DNA of 64,000 nt from an uncultured Bacilli bacterium (GTDB lineage Bacteria; Bacillota_I; Bacilli_A; RF39; UBA660), in NCBI GenBank assembly GCA_944329355.1, contig CALVID010000003.1, positions 3,130 to 67,129 of the forward strand, given 5' to 3'. Position 1 is the stretch's first letter, and every line of letters starts with the position of its first letter. Under the pieces are notes generated by a model that worked only from the letters and a program-made list of their open reading frames with translations, did no database searches and was not told the origin of the DNA. Shown here piece by piece: positions 42,366 to 50,267 of the stretch. Made by a program: the position numbers and the translations under genes.

Positions 42366-43053
42366 TTGTACTAACCTCATGAAGTGAATCAAAGTCTATG
42401 TCATGATACGGAATTTTCCAAAAATCATATGAAGTGTCACCATATTTGGTAGTTTTAACTTCGACATTGTTTTTACCATCATAATACCAGTAGCCACCAA
42501 CATTATAAATTTTGTTTTCATCCCAACCTAGTTTTACTAACATGGTTTTAGTCATGCCTGCATAACCTCCACCACCACACATTAAGAAAATGTTTTTATC
42601 TTTTGGAAATAGATATTCTAAAATGTCCATTGATTCTTCATAATTAGCGGTATATTCTCCATCTTTTTCAGTGAATAAGGTTTTTCCTTTATATGTATCA
42701 CCTACTTCTTCAGGTAGTCCAGATACATTGACTAAGTATGGTAAAGGTACTACTTCAAAACCTTTAACAAATCCAGATAAATAAGCATCTCCACCAATGG
42801 CTTCATAATTTCCTGGATCTTTTAACATTCTCATATCTCTATAAACCGAGTCTTCTCTATTTAAATAATTATCAATAGTTTCTTCATTGATGTTTTTATC
42901 AATTCCAAATTCACCTCTAACTCCTTCTGTTACTTCTGGGGCTGGCAGAGGTGTTAAACGATTTCCTTTATCATTAAATAAGAATGCACATACAATAATT
43001 GTTATAATTATTAAAACACTTATAACTAACATAATAATACTTTTCTTTTTCAT
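42352..43053 (-). CDS. Membrane-anchored rhodanese-like domain protein
   Basis: N-terminal TM helix. KNIFLMCGGGGYAGMTKTMLVKLGWDENKIYNVGGYWYY resembles a rhodanese active-site loop and C-terminal motif, but the canonical Arg is not evident. Confidence 0.4.
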   Translation of the reverse strand: MKKKSIIMLVISVLIIITIIVCAFLFNDKGNRLTPLPAPEVTEGVRGEFGIDKNINEETIDNYLNREDSVYRDMRMLKDPGNYEAIGGDAYLSGFVKGFEVVPLPYLVNVSGLPEEVGDTYKGKTLFTEKDGEYTANYEESMDILEYLFPKDKNIFLMCGGGGYAGMTKTMLVKLGWDENKIYNVGGYWYYDGKNNVEVKTTKYGDTSYDFWKIPYHDIDFDSLHEVSTNENE

Positions 43054-43113
43054 ACTAAAACCTCCTACAATAATAGTTTAACCTTAAAAAGGTAAAATAT
43101 CAATAACGAATTG

Positions 43114-43145
43114 GTTGAAAAAAACTCAACCTTAAGTTGAGTTTT
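43114..43145 (-). terminator. Intrinsic terminator after the XRE-TM gene
   Basis: Minus-strand AAAACUCAAC-UUAAG-GUUGAGUUUU followed by UUUUUC. It overlaps the stop codon. Confidence 0.7.
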
Positions 43146-43839
43146 ATTTAGTGCATCTTTCATCTAGTTTTAAAGGTATTTCATAAGTAATAATTTTATG
43201 ATGGTCATCACTAGCATTCACTTTTAAGTATAATGAACCATCTTTATATACTTTGCATGTTTTTTCATAATCATCTACTGTGAATGTTACTTCTTTTAAG
43301 AAATCTTCTAAAGTAATACTTTCTTTTTCATTATATTTATAAGAACTTATTTTATTTTCTGTTTTACCATTTTTTTCATATAAAATACATTCTATTTCTT
43401 TATATTTTTCTTGCTCATCACCACCACAATATTCAATGTTAGATATATATATGGCTGATTTTTGGTTGTTATAGGCAATGTTTCCTGATATTGTGAAGTT
43501 TGGACAATTGGCAGATAATGTTTTAAATTGAAAATCATCATTTTTGAAAAACATCAAAATTAAAATTACAATTATAAAAATTAAAATGAGGCCTATGATA
43601 ATCCACGTTGATTTTATTTTTTTATTATTTTTAAATTCACCATTATAGAGTTCTTCTAAACTGACATTAAAGTCTTCACTAATTTTTCTTATTAGAGTAC
43701 TGTCAGGCATGTTTTTTCCATTTTCCCATTTACTTACAGCTTGATAAGTTACATGATATTTATCAGCAAATTCTTTTTGGGTTAAATTATGTTTTTGTCT
43801 TAGTTCTTTAATGAATTTGCCAAACTTTTCTTGATCCAC
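43144..43839 (-). CDS. XRE-family HTH regulator with a central TM helix and extracytoplasmic C-terminal domain
   Basis: The N-terminus FIKELRQKHNLTQKEFADKYHVTYQAVSKWENGKN is a classic XRE HTH. It is followed by the TM helix WIIIGLILIFIIVILILMFF and a ~120-aa C-terminal domain. Confidence 0.8.
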   Translation of the reverse strand: MDQEKFGKFIKELRQKHNLTQKEFADKYHVTYQAVSKWENGKNMPDSTLIRKISEDFNVSLEELYNGEFKNNKKIKSTWIIIGLILIFIIVILILMFFKNDDFQFKTLSANCPNFTISGNIAYNNQKSAIYISNIEYCGGDEQEKYKEIECILYEKNGKTENKISSYKYNEKESITLEDFLKEVTFTVDDYEKTCKVYKDGSLYLKVNASDDHHKIITYEIPLKLDERCTK

Positions 43840-43897
43840 ATTATCACCTACTTTTGCACTACTAATTAATTATACCATATTTTTTTGTTATCTTACA

Positions 43898-43929
43898 TTT
43901 AAAAACTAGCTTTGCAAAACAAGCTAGTT
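43898..43929 (-). terminator. Intrinsic terminator closing an unannotated minus-strand transcript
   Basis: Minus-strand AACUAGCUU-8 nt-AAGCUAGUU followed by UUUUAAA. It lies upstream of the XRE gene promoter (TGgTATAAT at 43869-43877), so it must terminate something coming from 43930-44250. Confidence 0.55.
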
Positions 43930-43987
43930 AGTTCTTTTTATTGCACTATGGCCTCACTTACGGACAGTTTTTGGAATGAAATTAATT

Positions 43988-44020
43988 AGAGGTATTAATC
44001 GTTTTCCGACTAATACCTCT
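43988..44020. other. Strong 13-bp hairpin in an ORF-free region
   Basis: AGAGGTATTAaTCG-TTTTC-CGAcTAATACCTCT. Confidence 0.6.
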
Positions 44021-44048
44021 TATTTGCCATTTTTATACTATTTTTTTA

Positions 44049-44175
44049 CTGTGTAGTTGTCAATGATGTGAGACCAAAAAGTCATAAAAAATATTAATTA
44101 AAAAGAAAAATTATACGAAAGGACTTATTGCTTTTTTTCTAGTCTACTGGTCTCACATCAATTGTAACTCTACAG
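44049..44175. repeat. Imperfect ~28-bp inverted repeats flanking a 71-bp AT-rich spacer
   Basis: The left arm ends TGATGTGAGACCA (44064-44076). The right arm begins TGGTCTCACATCA (44148-44160), a perfect 13-bp core, and the flanks pair partially. A third copy of the core (GGCCTCAC) lies at 43950-43957. Confidence 0.7.
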
Positions 44176-44203
44176 CAACAAAATTTTTACCTATTGATCT
44201 TTA

Positions 44204-44232
44204 TAGACTTATATAATTAAAAGTGCTATAAT
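44204..44232 (+). promoter_or_regulatory. Putative extended -10 promoter of the 329-aa gene
   Basis: TAGACT, a 17-nt spacer and TGcTATAAT, 24 nt upstream of the GGGAGG RBS. Confidence 0.4.
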
Positions 44233-44255
44233 GTGATCAACCAAGGGAGGAAAAA

Positions 44256-45245
44256 ATGAAATATTATTCTTTTGATAATGTGATTGATGTTGATGTTGAG
44301 ATTGCTAAATCTTTATTGGAACTATCTGATGATGAATTTTATAAATATGAAAATTTTATAAATGAATTTAACTCTTTAATACAAAGTAAAGATTATAATC
44401 AATTAGAGTTTAAAGAAGCCTGTGAAAATTTTTTGAATAATAAAAAAATGACATTTAGATTGTGTAAAAAATTGTATAGAGATTTTATTTTGAAATACAG
44501 TACATTTATTAAAAAAAATATATCTTTGTTGAATTGCCATTCGGTAGATAAAGTGTATAAACTCTTAAAAGCATCTTATAGAAATAAAGAGGCAGTTTTA
44601 GATAGAATGAAAACAATATCTGAAACGGGAATACATCATTTTTTATATGTATTTGAACCGTGCTTAAATGATAATCTTGTACAATGTAATTCTTCAAATA
44701 AAATTATCGATATTGCAACTGATGGAAGTATAACTTATGAAAAATGTAATGGTCCATATTATCATGTCAATATTAAAAATGCTAAATACATATTAGAATA
44801 CAGTAAAGAATTGAAATATGATTGGGCGTATACCGATTGGACAATGATTGTATGTAATTTAATGTTTGACACTTCTACTTTGCCAACTTATGAACAATTA
44901 AATAATTTTGAGATTAAACCAACTATTGATTATAAAAAAGCTAAACAACAAACAGAAATATACAAACAAAAACAGGAACTTACCGATTATATTTCATATA
45001 TGGAAGATACGTTAAATGCTATTCAAAATTTAAAGATTCGCCTTGAAAAAATAATAAATAGTGTGAAAAACAATAGTGATTATCTTTTTGAAAAAGAATT
45101 ACAACAAGTACAAGATCTTTACGATAAACTCAACGTATATAAGAAACAATTTGTTAGTCAATATGGTGATTATAGTTTGATGAATGTAGAAGATAAAATA
45201 ACGGACAAAATAGAGAGTACAAAACAAAAAAGCTTATTAAGATAA
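44256..45245 (+). CDS. Hypothetical protein (329 aa)
   Basis: Clean ORF with RBS AAGGGAGG. It has a Cys-containing central region and a C-terminal coiled coil. It is the only plus-strand gene in this neighbourhood and is flanked by a tRNA. Confidence 0.5.
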   Translation: MKYYSFDNVIDVDVEIAKSLLELSDDEFYKYENFINEFNSLIQSKDYNQLEFKEACENFLNNKKMTFRLCKKLYRDFILKYSTFIKKNISLLNCHSVDKVYKLLKASYRNKEAVLDRMKTISETGIHHFLYVFEPCLNDNLVQCNSSNKIIDIATDGSITYEKCNGPYYHVNIKNAKYILEYSKELKYDWAYTDWTMIVCNLMFDTSTLPTYEQLNNFEIKPTIDYKKAKQQTEIYKQKQELTDYISYMEDTLNAIQNLKIRLEKIINSVKNNSDYLFEKELQQVQDLYDKLNVYKKQFVSQYGDYSLMNVEDKITDKIESTKQKSLLR

Positions 45246-45260
45246 AGCTTTTTTTGTATA

Positions 45261-45284
45261 ATAAAAAGTCTTGAAAAACAAGAC
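45261..45284 (-). terminator. Intrinsic terminator of tRNA-Glu
   Basis: Minus-strand GUCUUG-UUUUU-CAAGAC followed by UUUUUAU, 15 nt after the tRNA 3' end. Confidence 0.6.
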
Positions 45285-45298
45285 CTTAACAAACATAT

Positions 45299-45373
45299 TG
45301 GTAGCCTGTACGAGAATTGAACTCGTGTCTCCACCTTGAGAGGGTGGCATCTTAACCACTTGACCAACAGGCC
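45299..45373 (-). tRNA. tRNA-Glu (anticodon CUC), CCA encoded
   Basis: GGCCTGTTGGTCAAGTGGTTAAGATGCCACCCTCTCAAGGTGGAGACACGAGTTCAATTCTCGTACAGGCTACCA folds as a cloverleaf with anticodon loop CUCUCAA. It closely resembles Bacillus tRNA-Glu. Position 1-72 is a G-U pair. Confidence 0.85.
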
Positions 45374-45477
45374 ATTTAAATAGACTTTAAATGTCTATTT
45401 AATATTAACATAAAATAGGCTACTTGACAATAGTTATAGTTTAAACTTAAATAAATTTTATAATTGCTTGATAGATT

Positions 45478-46476
45478 TTATTGATTTAGTTTTTTACTTA
45501 ATCTATAGGGTATTCTTCTAGGACTTCGGACTGAATTTAATCCAAATTCTTTTAATTTGGAAAAAGGATATTCTTTTTGATCATATTTTTTTACTACATT
45601 TAAATTCATAACTCGATCTTTTTGATCATGATAAATATCTAATTCAGTAACTTTACATTTATATATAATGGCAGAATATGGAGCCCCTAAATAAATATAA
45701 ACTGTATCGCCAAGGTTTATGTTTTTCGGCTGTTTCCAAGAAAAAATAGGCATACTTTCAATATAAGTGATCACATCAAAATATGTTGGATTGGCTGGCA
45801 TTATCCATTCTTTATTTAAGGCTGATAATCCGTAGCTTATTTCTACTAATTTCATAATTTCTTCGTCAGTTAAAGTTTCATCTAAAATAATACTCACCCA
45901 CGATTTTTTATTCATATGATATGCTGAATAAATTCCTTTTTCTTGCAAATAATTTTTATCATCTAATTTAAGATTTAATATTTCTATTTCACCTTTTTGA
46001 TCTGGGATAATTTTACTTTTATCAATGTTCATGATAATTCCAAACCATTTTTTACTTTTCTGATTTCTAAAAACACCAAAAGTAGGATTTTTCTCCCACA
46101 AAAATTCTGGAATTATTTTATATTTTTTAATAATCAATTTTGTTATTCTATTCGATTGATTAAATATAAAGTATTTTTTATCATAACATTTGTCTCTTAT
46201 GTCTTTTAAAATGAGCTGGTATTCTTCTTTTACTTTTAAAGCAAAACTTCCAGTAATATCTTTTATTCTAAAATTAATATATTCGCTTTCAGCATCTAAA
46301 TCAAAAACCTTACCCTCTACTTTACCGTTTTGGTCAATATTAATAATTACTTGAAAGGTATTATCCAATATATAATCAATATATTTATAAATACTTTGTT
46401 CTTTAACAAATCCATAATCAATTAATTTATTTTCATTTAATGTATAAGTTTTAAAAATATCTGCTTCTATTTTCAT
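45478..46476 (-). CDS. MmcQ/YjbR-family domain protein with C-terminal PUA-like (EVE/ASCH-type) region
   Basis: The central KKWFGIIMNIDKSKI...GIYSAYHMNKKSWVSIILDETLTDEEIMKLVEISY matches the YjbR/MmcQ signature. Assignment of the C-terminal ~110 aa (WIMPANPTYFDV...GDTVYIYLGAPYSAIIYKCKVTE) is tentative. Confidence 0.5.
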   Translation of the reverse strand: MKIEADIFKTYTLNENKLIDYGFVKEQSIYKYIDYILDNTFQVIINIDQNGKVEGKVFDLDAESEYINFRIKDITGSFALKVKEEYQLILKDIRDKCYDKKYFIFNQSNRITKLIIKKYKIIPEFLWEKNPTFGVFRNQKSKKWFGIIMNIDKSKIIPDQKGEIEILNLKLDDKNYLQEKGIYSAYHMNKKSWVSIILDETLTDEEIMKLVEISYGLSALNKEWIMPANPTYFDVITYIESMPIFSWKQPKNINLGDTVYIYLGAPYSAIIYKCKVTELDIYHDQKDRVMNLNVVKKYDQKEYPFSKLKEFGLNSVRSPRRIPYRLSKKLNQ

Positions 46477-46481
46477 AATCT

Positions 46482-47462
46482 TTACTCCATAGATTTTTTA
46501 TTTTTTTTGTGATTTTTATGAATAACAATTAAGGTTATGATTGTTATAAGAATAATAATTATATCAATAGTAATAATTATTATTAAATTTGTATAATTAG
46601 TTTTTAGTTTTTTTCTGGGAAGTTTTTCTTTTATGTCTCTGATGATTTTAATCTTATAGTTTTTTAAAGTACCATCTTCAGCTTGGACTGTTAACTTAAT
46701 TTCATTAATTCCAGCTTTTAAATTATATTCTCCATTACCTTCTATTTTGGCTTTTGAATCTTCTAATATAGCGTTGACTGTAATTTTATTAATTTTATTT
46801 TTAACGTCAATAGTATATTCTAATATATCTTTATTAAATTCAATTTTGCCATTACTTAATTTGATGTCTTTAATATTGGCATTATTGGATTTTTTTTCAA
46901 TGACAGTTTCAGGACTGTTTTGTTTTTTTGTGCCTAGAGAGCTCCTTTTAGGAACACTATTTAAATAAATATAACCAGTGATGCCGTATCTATCTGGTGA
47001 TATTGTATATTCACAAGCTCCTTTAGGGGCTTTTTCTTTACATAGACGATCTGTGTCTTCACTAACACTGTGGGCCATACAATCTATATATGCTTGATCG
47101 GTTTTATCTATACATGGGCCTGTAGAATCCCATACATATAAAGTATTACCAGATACTTTTTCAACATAGCCAACGTGTCCATAAGAGGTCCATCCTCCCC
47201 AAACTATAATTGAATTGGCTTTTGGGGTGGTTCCGACACTATATCCAGCATTTTTGGCATCACTATACCACTGTTTAGCATTACCCCATCCTGGTAAGGT
47301 TACGCCTGCTTTTTCATAAGCCATTTTCCAAGCATACCAGGTACAATTTGTACCATAAGGTCCACTTTGTTTATATGGATTATTAATAGCACTTACCTGG
47401 TTAATACTTAATATGTTAATAACAAATAAAAATATTATGATTTTTTTTAAATTTATTTTCAT
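46482..47462 (-). CDS. Secreted CHAP-domain peptidoglycan hydrolase with beta-sandwich domain and C-terminal TM anchor
   Basis: Signal peptide; CHAP Cys (GTNCTWYAWKMAYE) and His (YGHVGYVEKV); a LSNGKIEFNKDILEYTIDV repeat-type domain; and the hydrophobic tail IIIITIDIIIILITIITLIVI. Confidence 0.75.
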   Translation of the reverse strand: MKINLKKIIIFLFVINILSINQVSAINNPYKQSGPYGTNCTWYAWKMAYEKAGVTLPGWGNAKQWYSDAKNAGYSVGTTPKANSIIVWGGWTSYGHVGYVEKVSGNTLYVWDSTGPCIDKTDQAYIDCMAHSVSEDTDRLCKEKAPKGACEYTISPDRYGITGYIYLNSVPKRSSLGTKKQNSPETVIEKKSNNANIKDIKLSNGKIEFNKDILEYTIDVKNKINKITVNAILEDSKAKIEGNGEYNLKAGINEIKLTVQAEDGTLKNYKIKIIRDIKEKLPRKKLKTNYTNLIIIITIDIIIILITIITLIVIHKNHKKNKKSME

Positions 47463-47547
47463 TTTCTCTCACCTTTAAAATTAATTTCATTATATCACAT
47501 TTAAATTACTGAGAAAAGAAAAATTGGATAACAAAAAACACTTAAAA

Positions 47548-48729
47548 CTAAGCATTTTTTATTAAATTTAAAGTATCTCTAGCTATCATTAATTCTTCAT
47601 CTGTTGGAATAACATATACTTTTATTTTAGAATCATCAGTACTGATACAAGTTTGTTTTCCACGAACTTTATTTTTTTCTTCATCTATTTGAACTCCTAA
47701 ACATTTCAAATTATCACATACCATTTTGCGAATTAATGGACTATTTTCTCCTACTCCAGCTGTAAATGCAATGGCGGTAGCTCCACCTAATAATACATAG
47801 TACTGAGCAATATAATCAGTAATTCTTCTGACATATTTTTTCATGGTAAGAATTGCTCTTTCATTTCCATTTTCATAAGCTGTTTCTAAATCACGCATAT
47901 CGCTACTAATACCACTAAGACCTAATACTCCACTATTTTTATTTAAATCATTTATAATGTCATCTATATTTTTGTGTTCACTTTCCATAACTGGAGGGAT
48001 TAATGATGGATCTATATCTCCTGATCTTGTGCCCATCATTACACCAGCAAGTGGAGTAAAGCCCATAGAAGTATCTACACAAATACCATTTTCGATAGCA
48101 GTAATAGATGCTCCATTACCAATATGACAACTGATTAATTTAAAATTGTCAGTATTTAAAATTTGATTCATGGTTTCTGTAATATACCTATGACTAGTAC
48201 CATGAGCCCCATATTTTCTGATGCCATATTTTTCGTACCATTCATATGGTACTGGATATAAATAAGTTTCAGGTTTCATTGTTTGATGAAATGCAGTATC
48301 AAATACTACGGTGTTAGGAACATTAGGTAAAGCTTTTTGAAATGCTTCTATTCCAAGCATATTAGCAGGATTGTGAAGTGGAGCAAAATGTTTAATAGAT
48401 TCTAATTTTTCCATTACTTCATTATCAACTATTACTGTTTTGTCAAAGACATCTTTTCCTTGTACTACACGGTGGCCAACGCCTTCAATTTCTTCTAATG
48501 AGTTTACAATATTTAAACTGATTAATTTTTCTAATAAAATATTTACAGCGTCATTATGATTTGATAGATTGACATTTTCAGTGTACTTTTCGCCATTGAA
48601 TTTAATTGTATAACTACCATCAATACCAATTCTTTCAAAGACTCCACTAGCAATTACACTTTCGTCTTCCATATTAATTAAACTAAATTTTAAAGAACTA
48701 CTTCCAGCATTAATAGATATTATTTTCAT
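47548..48729 (-). CDS. ackA: Acetate kinase
   Basis: Starts MKIISINAGSSSLKFSL and contains GHRVVQG, FDTAFHQTMP-like and CHIGNGASITAI. Its start overlaps the folD stop by 4 nt. Confidence 0.95.
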   Translation of the reverse strand: MKIISINAGSSSLKFSLINMEDESVIASGVFERIGIDGSYTIKFNGEKYTENVNLSNHNDAVNILLEKLISLNIVNSLEEIEGVGHRVVQGKDVFDKTVIVDNEVMEKLESIKHFAPLHNPANMLGIEAFQKALPNVPNTVVFDTAFHQTMKPETYLYPVPYEWYEKYGIRKYGAHGTSHRYITETMNQILNTDNFKLISCHIGNGASITAIENGICVDTSMGFTPLAGVMMGTRSGDIDPSLIPPVMESEHKNIDDIINDLNKNSGVLGLSGISSDMRDLETAYENGNERAILTMKKYVRRITDYIAQYYVLLGGATAIAFTAGVGENSPLIRKMVCDNLKCLGVQIDEEKNKVRGKQTCISTDDSKIKVYVIPTDEELMIARDTLNLIKNA

Positions 48730-49622
48730 TTTATTCCCTCCTTAACATATTGTTTGCCTTGTTTGGTTTTTTCTTCTATCAATTTTTTTTGATCAGTAGC
48801 TGCTTTCACTGTATTTTCAAGTAAAGTGGCAATTGTTACTGGACCAACTCCTCCAGGGACTGGTGTATATAAACTTGCTATACCGTCTGGATTTTCTACA
48901 TCACCGACAGAATGGCCATTAACATAATTATATCCAGCATCAATAACTATGCAGTTTTCTTTCAACCAACTTTTTTTAATAAACTCCGGTTTCCCTAAAG
49001 CGGCAACAACAATATCAGCATTTTTAACTTCTTTCTCTAAATTTTTTGTTTTTGAATGACATACAGTTATAGTTGCAGATTTATTTAAAAGCATAGCGGC
49101 TATAGGTTTTCCTAAAATTGGGCTTCTACCTATAATACATGCTTTTTGTCCTTCTACATTTATATTATAAAAATCTAATATATTAATAATACCTCTAGGG
49201 GTAGCTGATCCTAGTGCTTGTTCATCAAAAGCTATTTTTCCAAAACTGGTTGAACTAACTCCGTCTACATCTTTTTCTGGAGTTATTGCATCAAAACACT
49301 TCTTTTCATCAATATGCCTTGGAAGAGGGTGCTGAACCAAAATGCCATTTATAGTTGGATCTTGATTTAATTTTTCAATGATTGCAATTAATCCTTCAGT
49401 AGTAAAATCAGGTAAAATATATTCTCTTGTGTTTATTCCTACTCTTTTGCATGCGTTTGATTTCATTTTTACATATGTTTTAGATGCTTTATCGTTTCCG
49501 ACAACAATAGTAGCCAGGGTGATTGGCTCGTTATATGTTTGTTCAAATTCATAAACCTTGTTTCTAACTTCTGTTTCAATGGTTTGTGCCACCAATTTAC
49601 CATTTAAAATTCTGCTTTCCAT
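48726..49622 (-). CDS. folD: Bifunctional methylenetetrahydrofolate dehydrogenase/cyclohydrolase
   Basis: Contains LATIVVGNDKASKTYVKMK, INGILVQHPLP, IIGRSPILGKP and PGGVGPVT. Confidence 0.95.
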   Translation of the reverse strand: MESRILNGKLVAQTIETEVRNKVYEFEQTYNEPITLATIVVGNDKASKTYVKMKSNACKRVGINTREYILPDFTTEGLIAIIEKLNQDPTINGILVQHPLPRHIDEKKCFDAITPEKDVDGVSSTSFGKIAFDEQALGSATPRGIINILDFYNINVEGQKACIIGRSPILGKPIAAMLLNKSATITVCHSKTKNLEKEVKNADIVVAALGKPEFIKKSWLKENCIVIDAGYNYVNGHSVGDVENPDGIASLYTPVPGGVGPVTIATLLENTVKAATDQKKLIEEKTKQGKQYVKEGIK

Positions 49623-49686
49623 ATTATCACCTACTTAAAATATAACATATATTATTTTAGATTTTACAAAATAATTGTTATATGAA

Positions 49687-49761
49687 TGGCGTCCGAAAGG
49701 AGGATCGAACTCCTATCATTCCCTTCGGAGGGGAATACTTTATCCATTAAGCTATTCGGAC
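49687..49761 (-). tRNA. tRNA-Arg (anticodon CCG), CCA encoded
   Basis: GTCCGAATAGCTTAATGGATAAAGTATTCCCCTCCGAAGGGAATGATAGGAGTTCGATCCTCCTTTCGGACGCCA has a perfect 7-bp acceptor stem and anticodon loop CUCCGAA. Confidence 0.88.
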
Positions 49762-49822
49762 GTTGTACTTATTATATCATAAACTCATATAATTAAATAC
49801 AGTTTTTATAAATTTAATGTTT

Positions 49823-49847
49823 TAAAAACTCAGGATTGAACCTGAGT
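49823..49847 (-). terminator. Intrinsic terminator of the ftsY-ylxM-herA-like operon
   Basis: Minus-strand ACUCAGG-UUCAAU-CCUGAGU followed by UUUUUAAAA. It overlaps the last codons and stop of the 145-aa gene. Confidence 0.7.
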
Positions 49848-50267
49848 TTCGATATTTACGGTTATATGTTTAGTGTTTTTTAAATTTTTGTTTGTTTTGA
49901 TAATTACATTTCTAGAATTTTCGCTATTTATAGTTTCACCTATATAACTGATTAAAATTGTATTTTTGTTTTTTTGATCTGTTAAAGTAATCGTGATAGG
50001 AGAAATGTTTAAGATGTTAGAAGTCATGTTGGTAGCTTTAGCAGTTAAATAGAAGTCATGGTCTTTTTTAAAAATTTTGATATCACTAAATAAGATATGA
50101 TTTTCAACTATATCATCAAAAGTTAAATGAATTAATTCAGTTTCTTTTACAATTTTTGTTTCATCTTTTTTAGGAATAAATATATAACACATTCCAACAA
50201 TAATGATTAAAATTAAAACTATAACAATTATTTTAACTGGAGTAATAGCATTAACTTTTTGTTCCAT
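49830..50267 (-). CDS. Membrane-anchored beta-rich protein (145 aa), partner of the HerA-like ATPase
   Basis: One N-terminal TM helix (IIVIVLILIIIVGMCYIFI) plus a ~100-aa ectodomain. The start ATG overlaps the ATPase stop (TAATG). It is a paralog of 36795-37283. Confidence 0.6.
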   Translation of the reverse strand: MEQKVNAITPVKIIVIVLILIIIVGMCYIFIPKKDETKIVKETELIHLTFDDIVENHILFSDIKIFKKDHDFYLTAKATNMTSNILNISPITITLTDQKNKNTILISYIGETINSENSRNVIIKTNKNLKNTKHITVNIETQVQS

